In this document: positions 41,497 to 56,500 of the stretch, piece by piece | Numbering within the stretch: the stretch's first letter is position 1 | Layout: each line of letters begins with the position of its first letter | From: Anaeramoeba ignava BMAN | Lineage: Eukaryota > Protista > Anaeramoebae | Length of the DNA stretch: 64,000 nucleotides | Assembly (NCBI GenBank): GCA_028826165.1 | Contig: JAPDFW010000068.1 | Location: 62,001-126,000 of the forward strand | Direction: 5' to 3' | Program-made: the position numbers and the translations under genes | Notes under the pieces: model-generated | Told to the model about the DNA's origin: nothing | Databases searched by the model: none | What the model saw: the letters and a program-made list of their open reading frames with translations, nothing else

Positions 41497-42636
41497 TTAA
41501 TTCTTCAGTTCATGCATTTTAAAACTTTTTAAAACATTTCTCATTAACATTGCAATTGTCATTGGACCTAAACCACCAGGAACTGGAGTAATAAATCCAT
41601 CTTCACCTAATGAAACCTTTGCATTTTCAAAATCAACATCACCAACAATTCGAAATCCACTTTTTTGAGTTTTGTCCGGAATTTGATTAATTCCAACGTC
41701 AAGAACAACTGCTCCTTTCTTAAGCCAACTTCCCTGAATAAATTCTGGTTTTTGGATTGCTGCGACTAAAATGTCAGCTTGTGAAATTTTCTCGTGAATA
41801 TCAGTTGTTTTGGAATGAACAATTGTCACTGTCGCGTTTCTGTTCAACAACAACATGGAAGTTGGAAGACCAACAAGATTTGAACGTCCAACAACAACCG
41901 CATGTTTTGATTCAATAGGGATGTTGTATCTGTCAAGTAATTCAATACATCCAAGTGGAGTGCATCCACTAAAAAGTGGATCTCTATCTTTCATTGCCAA
42001 TTTTCCCACAGATTGTGGAGTAAATCCATCAACGTCTTTTTTTTCATCAATCATATCCTTTTATTTATTTATTTTTTTATTTATTTTTCCCAAACAAAAA
42101 AAAGAGAAGTGTCAGATGTTTTTGTTTTTGTTTTTGTTTTTAGAATGAGATCAAAAACATATCAAAAAGAAAAAAATTTTTTTTTCTCATTTTTTTTTTG
42201 GAAATTTATTGATTACCAGAATTTGTGCTTGATTTATATGTATTGGTAATGGTAATTCAACAAGAATCCCATGAATATTGGTATCTTGATTGTATTTTTG
42301 TATAACTTTTTCAATTTCTTCTTGAGTTGTATTTTCTGGAAAAATTGTTTCGAAAATTTTGATTCCAACTTCTTCTGCACTTTTTTTCTTCATACGGAAA
42401 TAAATTTGCGAATCTTTTCTTTCTCCAACTAGAATTGCCGCAAGACCCGGAGTTTTATGCGTCACTTCTTTAAGTTGAGAAAGTTCATTTTTGACTTCTT
42501 GTTTTATATTTTGTGCAATTTTCTATTTCCGTTTAAAAGAAAAAAAAATGTGTTTGTTTTTTTAAATTTTTTTAAGAGAAGTTGTGAAAAAAAAATTTTG
42601 TTTAATATTAACTCGCCCATTAAAAACTGTTGCCAT
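41497..42636 (-). CDS. folD: Methylenetetrahydrofolate dehydrogenase/cyclohydrolase (FolD type). Exons 42636-42613, 42522-42217, 42057-41497
   Basis: PGLAAILVG, KDVDG, CTPLG, VVGRSNLVGLP, ATVTIVHS, DVGIN, GDVDF and ITPVPGGLGPMT. Confidence 0.95.
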
Positions 42637-43130
42637 TTAAATTTAAATTTAAATTTAAATTTAATTCTTTTTTCTTTTATCAGATTAAAAAAAAAGAAAT
42701 GAAAGAAAAATGAAAAAAAAAATTTTAGATTTGAAAAAAAATTTTTTCTTTTAAACAAAAAGACTCGTCAGCAAAAAAAATAATTGTTTTTTTAAGAGAT
42801 TAATATAAAAAGCACAATCAAATAAAAAGATCTAATTAATTTAATTATTTAATTTCATTCATTTCAATATTCAAAACACAAGACATAACTTAAAAACAAA
42901 AATACAATTTTGATCTTTCTTTTCTTTTCTTTTTCTTTTCTTTTTAAATTTGATCAATTTGTTCCATTTTTTAAATTTGTTCCATTTGTTCCATTTTTTA
43001 AATTTGTTCAATTTGATCAATTTGTTCAATTTGTTCCATTTCTTTCAAAATCCAAAATTTAAAAAATTAAAAAATTCCATTTTTTTTAAAATTCATTTTT
43101 TTTCTTTTTTTTTAAAATTTAAAATTTAAA

Positions 43131-44210
<1,080 letters not shown>

Positions 44211-44269
44211 ATTATTCAAATTATATTTATAACAACTTTTGGATTAGATTTTGGATTTTTAATTTAATA

Positions 44270-44700
44270 GAATTTAATTTTGATTTTGAATTTGAATTTG
44301 AATTTGATTTTGATTTTGAATTTGAATTTGAATTTGATTTTGATTTTGAATTTGAATTTGATTTTCAATTTTGATTTTGAATTTGAATTTGAATTTGAAT
44401 TTGAATTTGATTTGAATTTTGATTTTGATTTTGATTTTGAATTTGAATTTGAATTTGATTTTGAATTTGAATTTGAATTTGAATTTGAATTTGATTTTGA
44501 ATTTTGAATTTGAATTTTGATTTTGATTTTGATTTTGATTTTGAATTTGAATTTGAATTTGATTTTGATTTTGAATTTGAATTTGATTTTGATTTTGATT
44601 TTGATTTTGAATTTGAATTTGATTTTGATTTTGATTTTGATTTTGATTTTGAATTTGAATTTGATTTTGATTTTGATTTTGATTTTGATTTTGATTTTGG
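44270..44700. repeat. (TTTGAA / TTTTGA)n intergenic microsatellite; shorter paralogous copy at ~46170-46380
   Basis: Visible hexamer arrays downstream of Rab copies 1 and 2. Confidence 0.85.
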
Positions 44701-44931
44701 AAATAAATTTTATATTGAAAAAAAGAAAAATTTTTTAATTAAAAAATTCTTGATTGAAATTAAATTTTCAATTCAATTCAATTCTATTATTATTTATTAT
44801 TAAAAATAAATATTATTTCCAAAATAATAAAACCAATTAAAATTCAAAAATTAAAAATTAAATTAAAAAATTCCATTTTTTTTAAAATTCATTTTTTTTC
44901 TTTTTTTTTTTAAAATTTAAAATTTAAAAAA

Positions 44932-46107
<1,176 letters not shown>

Positions 46108-46592
46108 ATTATTCAAATTATATTTATAACAACTTTTGGATTAGATTTTGGATTTTTAATTTAATAGAATTTGATTTTGATTTTGATTTTGATTTTGAAT
46201 TTGAATTTGAATTTGATTTTGATTTTGATTTTGAATTTAATTTTGAATTTGAATTTGAATTTGATTTTGAATTTGAATTTGAATTTGAATTTGAATTTGA
46301 ATTTGATTTTGATTTTGATTTTGATTTTGATTTTGATTTTGATTTTGATTTTGATTTTGAATTTGAATTTTGAATTTGGATTTTGGAAATAAATTTTATA
46401 TTGAAAAAAAGAAAAATTTTTTAATTAAAAAATTCTTGATTGAAATTAAATTTTCAATTCAATTCAATTCTATTATTATTTATTATTAAAAATAAATATT
46501 ATTTCCAAAATAATAAAACCAATTAAAATTCAAAAATTCAAATTTTTTTAAAATTCATTTTTTTCCTTTTTTTTTAAAATTTAAAATTTAAA

Positions 46593-47528
<936 letters not shown>

Positions 47529-47782
47529 ATTATTCAAATTCTATTTTATAATAATTATTTGGAATTTTAATTTGATTTGATTTAATTTAATTTGATTTGA
47601 TTTGATTTAATTGGAATTTTTTGATTATTTTTTTATTGTTAAAAAAAAAATATTTCTTAAATAAAAAGAAAAAAAAAAGAAAAATTTTTTTTGACTTTTT
47701 TTTTTTGAAAATCATTTTTTCCCTTTTCAAATTTAATATAATTTAATATAATTTAATTTAATTTAATTTAATTTAATTCAAA

Positions 47783-48806
<1,024 letters not shown>

Positions 48807-49032
48807 ATGAAAATTGGAATTTTGTTTTTATTTCAAATGTTTATTTGCAAAACAAGAAAAAACTTTGATTAACCAAAAAAAAAAAATTGAATAAAACTTT
48901 CTGAAATTTGTAAAAAGCAAAAAAAAATTTTTAAAATGTTTAAAAAAAAAAAAAAAGTGGAACAAAAAAAAAATTTTTTTTTTCTTTTTTTTTTCAAAAT
49001 TGAAATTAAAACAAAAACAAAGTTTCTTTTCT

Positions 49033-50268
49033 CTAATTATTTTCTAAAGATTGATTTTTTACCAAAGTTTCAATAATTTTATCTTTTTCTTGAATTTTTT
49101 GGTTCAAATCCTCAGAATTCTTTTTAAGTTTTACAATTTTTGCATCTCTTTTTTTCAAAATGGAAATTAATCGATTAACTTTTTGGCGAAGTTTCAAGTT
49201 TTCTTCTTGAAAAATTAAGTTTTGTTCATTAATTTTAGATTGAATTTGATCAAGTTTTGTTTTTGAATCTTCAACAACAAAACTGAGTTCTTTGTTTACT
49301 TGAAGCAATTTAACAATATTAAGTTCATCTTCTTTTCGTTTTTCTTGTTCAAGTTGGTATAATTGTTGGAAGTCCATTTGATCCACATTTTTGATTTGTT
49401 TATTTTCTGTTTTATTTTTTTGATTTTTTTGATTTTTTTGCTTTTTATCTTCTTTTTTATCTTCTTTTTTTTGTGTTTGTTTTTCTTGATTTTGAGAAGT
49501 AAATTCATGAGATAAAGAAGATCTTGAAACTTTTGGATTTTTTCCAATTGGTCTTATATTATAAATGGGTTTTTTCTTAATTGGAATAATTTTTTCATTT
49601 TGATCAACATTTTTTGGTTTATTGATTAAATGAGGAGGAGATTTATTTTTGGGGGTGTCTTTATTATCTTTATTGTCTTTATTGTCTTTATTGTCTTTAT
49701 TGTCTTTATTATCTTTATTATCTTTATTTGCTTTATTATCTTTATTTGCTTTATTTGCTTTATTTGAATTTGCCATACTAAATGAACGGTTAAAATTCCG
49801 AGATATTTTGATATGATGTCGTTTTGGTTTTTCTTCTGATTGTGGATTTTCTTTTGGTTTTTTTATCTTGATTCTTTTCTTATGTATATTTGTTGATTCT
49901 GGATTATTTTTGTTTGGCAAATTTCTTGAATTTTGATGAGGATTATTTTGAGGTTCATCAATTTTTTGTTTTTGTGAAATTTGGTTTTCATGATTTTTTG
50001 TTGGTTCTTTGTCTTTTAAAATAGAAAATATTTGAAAATGAGAAATTTTTAAATATAAAAAAATTTTTTTTTTTTGATTTTTTTTTTTACTTTTTGATTT
50101 AGAAGTTGTTTCTAATAATTTATCTAATTCTTTTTTTTGTTGTTCTAATTGTTTTTGATAATATGAAAGACTGTCACTTTTTGATTCAACACTTTCTAAT
50201 AAATTTTGCATTTGTTCTAATTGTTGAATCTTTTTAGTTCTTTGTTCAATTTCTAATTCCAAATCCAT
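49033..50268 (-). CDS. Low-complexity coiled-coil protein, possibly with a short intron near 50014-50090
   Basis: 411-aa ORF with N- and C-terminal heptads and a (KDN)n tract; no recognisable domain. Confidence 0.55.
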   Translation of the reverse strand: MDLELEIEQRTKKIQQLEQMQNLLESVESKSDSLSYYQKQLEQQKKELDKLLETTSKSKSKKKNQKKKIFLYLKISHFQIFSILKDKEPTKNHENQISQKQKIDEPQNNPHQNSRNLPNKNNPESTNIHKKRIKIKKPKENPQSEEKPKRHHIKISRNFNRSFSMANSNKANKANKDNKANKDNKDNKDNKDNKDNKDNKDNKDTPKNKSPPHLINKPKNVDQNEKIIPIKKKPIYNIRPIGKNPKVSRSSLSHEFTSQNQEKQTQKKEDKKEDKKQKNQKNQKNKTENKQIKNVDQMDFQQLYQLEQEKRKEDELNIVKLLQVNKELSFVVEDSKTKLDQIQSKINEQNLIFQEENLKLRQKVNRLISILKKRDAKIVKLKKNSEDLNQKIQEKDKIIETLVKNQSLENN

Positions 50269-50525
50269 TTAAACAAAAAAAAGTGAAAAAAATGAAAAAA
50301 AAAATGAAAAAAAAATAAGAAAAAAATAAGAAAAAATTGCGAAAATTAATCAAAATCTTTTTTAAATTAAATTGAAATTTATTTATTTATTTATTAATTA
50401 AAATCTTTTTTAAATTAAATTGAAATTTATTTATTTATTTATTTATTGATTAAAAAAAAAAGTTTGCTTTTTTTTGTTCCACTTTTTTTTTTTTTAAACA
50501 TTTTAAAAATAAAATAAAAAACAAA

Positions 50526-53500
50526 TCAAATTTTAAAATTTCCTTTTAAAAGAATCCATTCAATAACATCAATTAATAAATCAAACTTAAATTTTTTTGC
50601 AACTTGAAGAACTTGAAGAAACTTATCAACAAAAAATTGCCTATCAAAAGAGAGAACAAAATGGGAATTGTCTTCACACAAATTTGAAAGAAGACGACTT
50701 TTAGGCTTTTTACATTTGGCACACTTAAGATCCTGTATTTGGAAAGCGAGAAATTGATTCTGAACTTGGTTGAGCAAATTACTTTCAATTTGGAAATTAT
50801 TATATTGATTTCCGCAGCTTGGACAAGACCAGAAACCATCGGAATCTTGGGGTTCTCTGCTTAGATCGAGATCTCGACACATTGAGCAGGATAGACAAAA
50901 GAGATCATGAACAAGAAGAGGAGTTGCAGGATTTCGAAATTTTGTTTCAGGTGAAAAATCACTGAATGAAATTGTCTGAAGTAAATTGCGCTTGAGTAAA
51001 CCCGCTGCGTCTTCAGCATCTCGCAGCATGGAAAGCGTGTGGCATAGATACACAATGAACGAAAGAATCGATCCTGTTTTTTCGTTTTCTTGAGCCAAAT
51101 GAGCCGATGTTTTGAACTGTGATATTGCATGAAAGGCTTGCTCTGTTATTTGTGTCTTAATGAGATTCTCTGAGAAGTTATTGACTGGATTCGTTTCTGT
51201 TCGCTTCTTGTGTTTGCTCTTCTTGTGGTTGCGTTTGTTTGATTGCAAAATTTCTTCAGGAATCGAAAGTGGATCTTCGCGACATTTGTAAATGAACATT
51301 CGTGTTTCCACAAGGAAAGAGTTGAATGATTGAAAGGAAGGAGTCTTTCAGAATAGGTGGGAGATGATCCGCAATTTGCCAAGACGAGGTTGGACTGTTT
51401 GTGTTTTCAATGCTGATATATGATGGGGAATTTTGTGAGGAATTTGGCTGTTCTTGAAAACCAGAAAAATTGAATTCGTCTAAAAAAAGCAGATGAGACC
51501 AAGTTTGGACAGGAAGAAAATCAAGATAACGGAACTCATCTTTTAAATGAACCGTTTTGATAAGCGAATCGATATAACTGCGGGTTTCTTCAGGAGATGT
51601 TCTTGGACAATTAATGAGCACTTTGTAGAAATTTGCAAAAAGAATTTTTGCATCAAGAGCTTCGAATTCTTGGACAAGCATGTGGAAATTCTTGTGGATA
51701 AGATCTGATACAAAACGAAGAAGCGAGGGATCATGAAGAGAGGATTGAGTGGATTTGAGCCAACGATAAAAATTGTTCAGAAGAAGATCAGAATATTTGG
51801 AAAATGGTGAATTTGAGTCTTCAAGCCAGCTGATCAACAAATTGCGCAGTATAGAAAGAGTGGAGACATGGGCTTGTTTCTGCTGATCAAATACGCCTCG
51901 ATTAACTATTTGAGGTGTGTCAGGCAGATTCTGTGTTTTCGAATTTGCGGATGTGAAAACAACGGAATTTGACTCTGGTCCAGCACTGATTATTGAAACA
52001 ACGGGGAAATAAAGAATAGAAAGCTCTACACTATTTGTGGAGTACATCCCTTCGCCAACCATTTTGTCTGGGACATGATACTTCTCGTCCATAAATAGAG
52101 CCAAATGGTCATCGTTTTCGATCCCACCTAAAGAAGGCTTTCCTGTCCCAGAAAACCACAACAAATGGCTGCTCTTCTGCAATGCGCGTGCAAAGAGAAT
52201 GTCCATGAGAAGAATCATGTGGTCGCTGGATGAATTGCTCTGCAGATTGAGCAAAGGAACTTGGGCGTATTGTGCAAGAAAAGCGCGTTCTTCGCGGAGA
52301 GTTCTCATCTGTACAAGTTTTCCAAGAGCAGTTTGAACAGCTTCGGGCTGCCATGTTGTTCTCTTAAAAACACAAGCATCACGAGCGGAAAAGGGAGAGA
52401 ATATGCAGGGGTTTTTGGAGACGAAGGGAAGAGACTCGTAAATTGTACTTTGTTGGAGATTTTGTGAAGATATTATTCCAAGTACAGATGATTTGAGAGC
52501 TCTGAAACGTTTAGATAGGATCTTATCCGCCAAACCAAGACCAGACTCTCTTTTTTTAGCATGATGCAAGTGAAAAACGGGATTAATGTTATTGAGATTT
52601 GTGTGCGTTTTTTCCATAAGAACGCTCAAATTTTGTTGCGAAATTGTTGGTTTCGATGCTGTGATAAGGATTATATGGAAATCTGAGTCGAAAGAAACTC
52701 CTATTACTCCAACAGATCTCTCCGTGTTCTCATAAACGCAAAACATCTGCAGCTGAGATATTGTATTTGCATATCCAGTATTTGAGGAGAGACGAGCAAC
52801 AGGTGACACATCGACAGATTCTAATTCTTCGAGATCAAAGTTGGTCATATTGGTTCGTGCGCTGTGGACTCTCGATTGACGCGCCGCTCTTTTCACGCGA
52901 CAACAATTCCCAAGAGCTAAAATGCACCGAGTCTCTGCTGTGACCTCGAGCTCGAAAACACCTACAACCTCGGGACGAAGTAAACATCGCGAGATCGCCC
53001 GAAAATGGTGAATATAGTCTTCCTCAGAAATACTGCACTTGTAAACATTATGTCGCTGTTGATTACGAGGAAGAACCATTTGCGGAGATGGCTCCATCTT
53101 CATCTGTTCTGGAAATTGGTTGGGCTGTAAATTTCCTATTAGATTTAAGTAAAAAACACGAGGACATTTTATTTGAACAAACGAAATGGAATTTTGGATT
53201 GAAATCCAAACATCGACTTTTCCAGGAACATTTGACTTTAGCAAACCAAGAACAATCCAATCAGAAAAAAGTAACGCTTGTCGCGAGTCTCGTAGATGTA
53301 GTTGTCCAGAAAGACCTTTGAGGCACTGCCCCTTCAATGTACCGCTCAATACGTAATATGAGCGCTTGTGTTTTCTGATGCTCTTCTTCGGTTGTGCTTT
53401 TTGTTGTGGAATCCCAAGAAATTAATTTTTTGCAAACAAACTGGAGTTTCCAAGAATTTTGACAAAAAAGCAAAAATTCAGAATATTTTTTTTTTCGATT

Positions 53501-56500
53501 TGGGATTTTTTCGGGCATTTTCTGTAGAAGATCTTCAACAAATCTCTCTGCAGAAGAGAACGATCTAATGCTACCAAGAAGAGAAAGTGGATTTTTCTTT
53601 CCAAAAGATAATGTTGCTTGAGAACGATGAGTTGAAGATTGTGTTATTGTGGAGTTGTGATCCCAAGCTTGGGGAGATTGGACAGAATCTTCAATATCAG
53701 GAACAGTATCTTTAGAAGGAGCACGAATATAGCTGAGCATGGATCTCTGTGTAGATTTAGCCTGTGCGATGCGTCTTTTGATCCATTCAGGATGTTCAAC
53801 CTGTGGAACAGGGTTTGTGATGCCTTGAAGCGCAGCAGGGATCGTTATTATTTTCTGGATCACACTTGCAAGCCGCTGGAAATAATAATCCCAATCAACT
53901 ATAGAACGCAAATCAAAGTGGGTCATGTGCGGATTCTTGCACCAACGAGCCAAGAAATTGTTACGGATCGAAATTTCAGATTGGAATATCAAAATCGGGA
54001 TTGCTCTTTCAGCAACAGACCCGTCTTTTGGAAAGCGAGAGATAATGAATGAGCAAGATATTCCGCCTCGGTTTGTTGATGACTGCAAGATTTCCTGACC
54101 AACAAACTCAGCAAGTCTTTTCGCAGTGGTTATTGCTGTTGATTTTGACACATCATAATCTTCCAATGATCTTGAAAGGTTTCTTGTTTCGCTAATGTAA
54201 CCCAGTAGTTCTGAGTCTTCCAACCCTTCTCCGTGGGAGTAAAGAAGATCGAGCCAGGAAAGAGCAACTTCACCAACTGTGCGATAGCATTCAATCAACG
54301 TTTTACCGCGCAAAAAACTGCGAAAAATTTGGGATTGGAAAATTTTGATCAATTTAATTTCCCCGCGTCTCTTGACTTCGAATCCCTTAAGCTCAGCAAG
54401 GCTTCCATCTTGGTTAAACACTGCATACCGTTTTTTCAAGGACTCGTTTTCTTTTTTTGAAGCAGGAAGCACCATAGCTCTATAAGGTCCATCCACTTCA
54501 AAAAATATACTGCATTCTTCAGTTTTGGAATATTTATTTTCAGACTTTTTTAGTGTCTGGTATTGTCTGTTAGAGAAATTGCGCCATACATCGTAGTTCA
54601 ACATCATTCCAGGATACAATCCCCGGTGCTTCTTTGGTGGTTTCTGTTCGTTTTGTTCTGTAAACCAGAGCACTTCTGGAAAAGAGTTAGGCAATGCGCA
54701 CCAGATTCCATCCGTATTGTGGCACAATAATCCCCCAAATCCGCATACAAAATTGTTGTTCTTCTCAACACTCAAATCATATACATATTCTCCGTGTTTT
54801 TTCACCTCTTTTTTTGCTTGATATTTTGATCCAAAAGTTTCCCCAATTTTGTTCTGTTCTGTTTTTTTGTTTTTTCCTTCAATAAATTCTACGCAATAAC
54901 TTTTCCGATCTTCTTGAATGTTTTGTTTTTCAATTGATACTTGGAATCCTTGTTGCATTCCAATGACAAAGAGGTCGCAACAAAGTCCAATATTTGGAAT
55001 TTTTGTGATTTGGAAATTTTGATAATTTTTATCGTAATTTTCCAAACATCCACATTTCAAGCAAAATTTACGATAGTTTTGAATGAATATATTTTTGATT
55101 TTAGCGGTTGATGAGATGATTTCAGAAGGAATACGAAATTGTTGTGTATTTTTTTCTGATAGAATATTGAAGAAAATAGATGCAAAGAATTTGGTTTGAT
55201 TTTTATCTTGCAGAATATTAGAAAATGCTTCCTCTAATTCACTAATTTCTTCAACAGTTCTTTCTTTAAATAAATTCTCAATCACTCCACAATTTTTTTT
55301 TGGTTCTAATTTTCTTGCATTTCCAAAAGCTATTATCCAAGCTATTATTTTTGCCACATTTCCATCTACATCAATACACATTGGAATTGTGATATCTTCA
55401 TCTTTCCCGATTCTCAATCCTTCAAATTGATCCTCTGAAAAATTAATTTGATCTGTATTATAACCATTGAAATTTAAACTAAAATCACGAAGTAATAAAC
55501 AATCATAAAAACTGTCATTTTTGACAGCTCTAACGATTTTTAAGAAGAAACACTTGAGTTTTGATCGAAGTTTTTGGAATTTGGGTTCAATTTTTGGAAT
55601 TAACACAAGAAGGTTGTTTTGCGATTTGTATAACTTGGTTAAATATGGAAATAAATTGATTTTCAATAATTTTTTTTCAATAGCAGGAATTTTTTGTATG
55701 TGAGTTAATAAATGATGCTGTTTCATCTCTTTGACAATTAAATTAGAGATTGAGTGATTTTTAGGGTTATTATGGAAAATGGAATGGGAATCCGTGACAC
55801 GAACAGAGCCGAAAGATGTTTTAATCTTAGTAACTTTTCTGGAAGTTTTTTGTCTGATCACACATTTTATTTTCTGCCATTCAATTTTTCCATTTCTATC
55901 AACAGAAAGAGCAGACCAACCACCAATATCCAAACAGTATTGAACTTTTCTGTTTTGATCCAAAACAGAAACACCGAATTTATCAAAGAATTGATCGACA
56001 AATTGGCCGATCTGCAAAATGTGGATCATGTTATTTGGTGATTTTAAGATTATATTTTCTCGCCAATCGAGAGAGTCAAGTTCAAGAGGTATACCAATTC
56101 TTTCGACAAGTTGTCTTGCCTGTGTGATTATATTAGCGCCTGTTAAAGTAACTATACCAGCCATCTCCATTGAATGCCAACGAGCACCAGTTCTCATTAC
56201 ATATCCATAAAAGGAATTCAAAATGCATTTGTGTGCAAGTTGAAGTGAGTCGTATAATACAATTGATTTTGCGCATTCTTCAATCTCAATCGCTGTTCCA
56301 TGTTCAACTGCATTTCTATATTTTGATAGTGCTTGTTTAAGTTTTTCTTTGTAAATGTATCTTCGATCTCTGAATAATTTTACTGTATCAACATAAAATG
56401 GATTTTCTCTTTGACAAACAATCTCACTTTTTTGTTTTGTTACAATTTTGTGACTTTTTGAATAAACTTTTTTAGAGTAATCTGTAAGTCTTTGTCTAAT

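Noticed and set aside
42053-42062. ATATCCTTTT on the plus strand resembling a second U12 donor
   Set aside because: It is antisense to FolD and is just the reverse complement of the AAAAG|GATAT acceptor junction.
42605-42620. Possible GC-AG donor (GG|GCGAGT) in FolD intron 1
   Set aside because: A canonical GT donor a few bases downstream (after NGR) gives the correct phase into KIAQ.
54716-56074. Insert interpreted as a spliceosomal or group I intron
   Set aside because: No GT-AG ends, a fully open in-frame reading, and complete intein splicing motifs at both termini.
50526-56221. POLE as three separate genes or a pseudogene
   Set aside because: All catalytic motifs are intact and the ORFs overlap at single-base shifts typical of consensus error.
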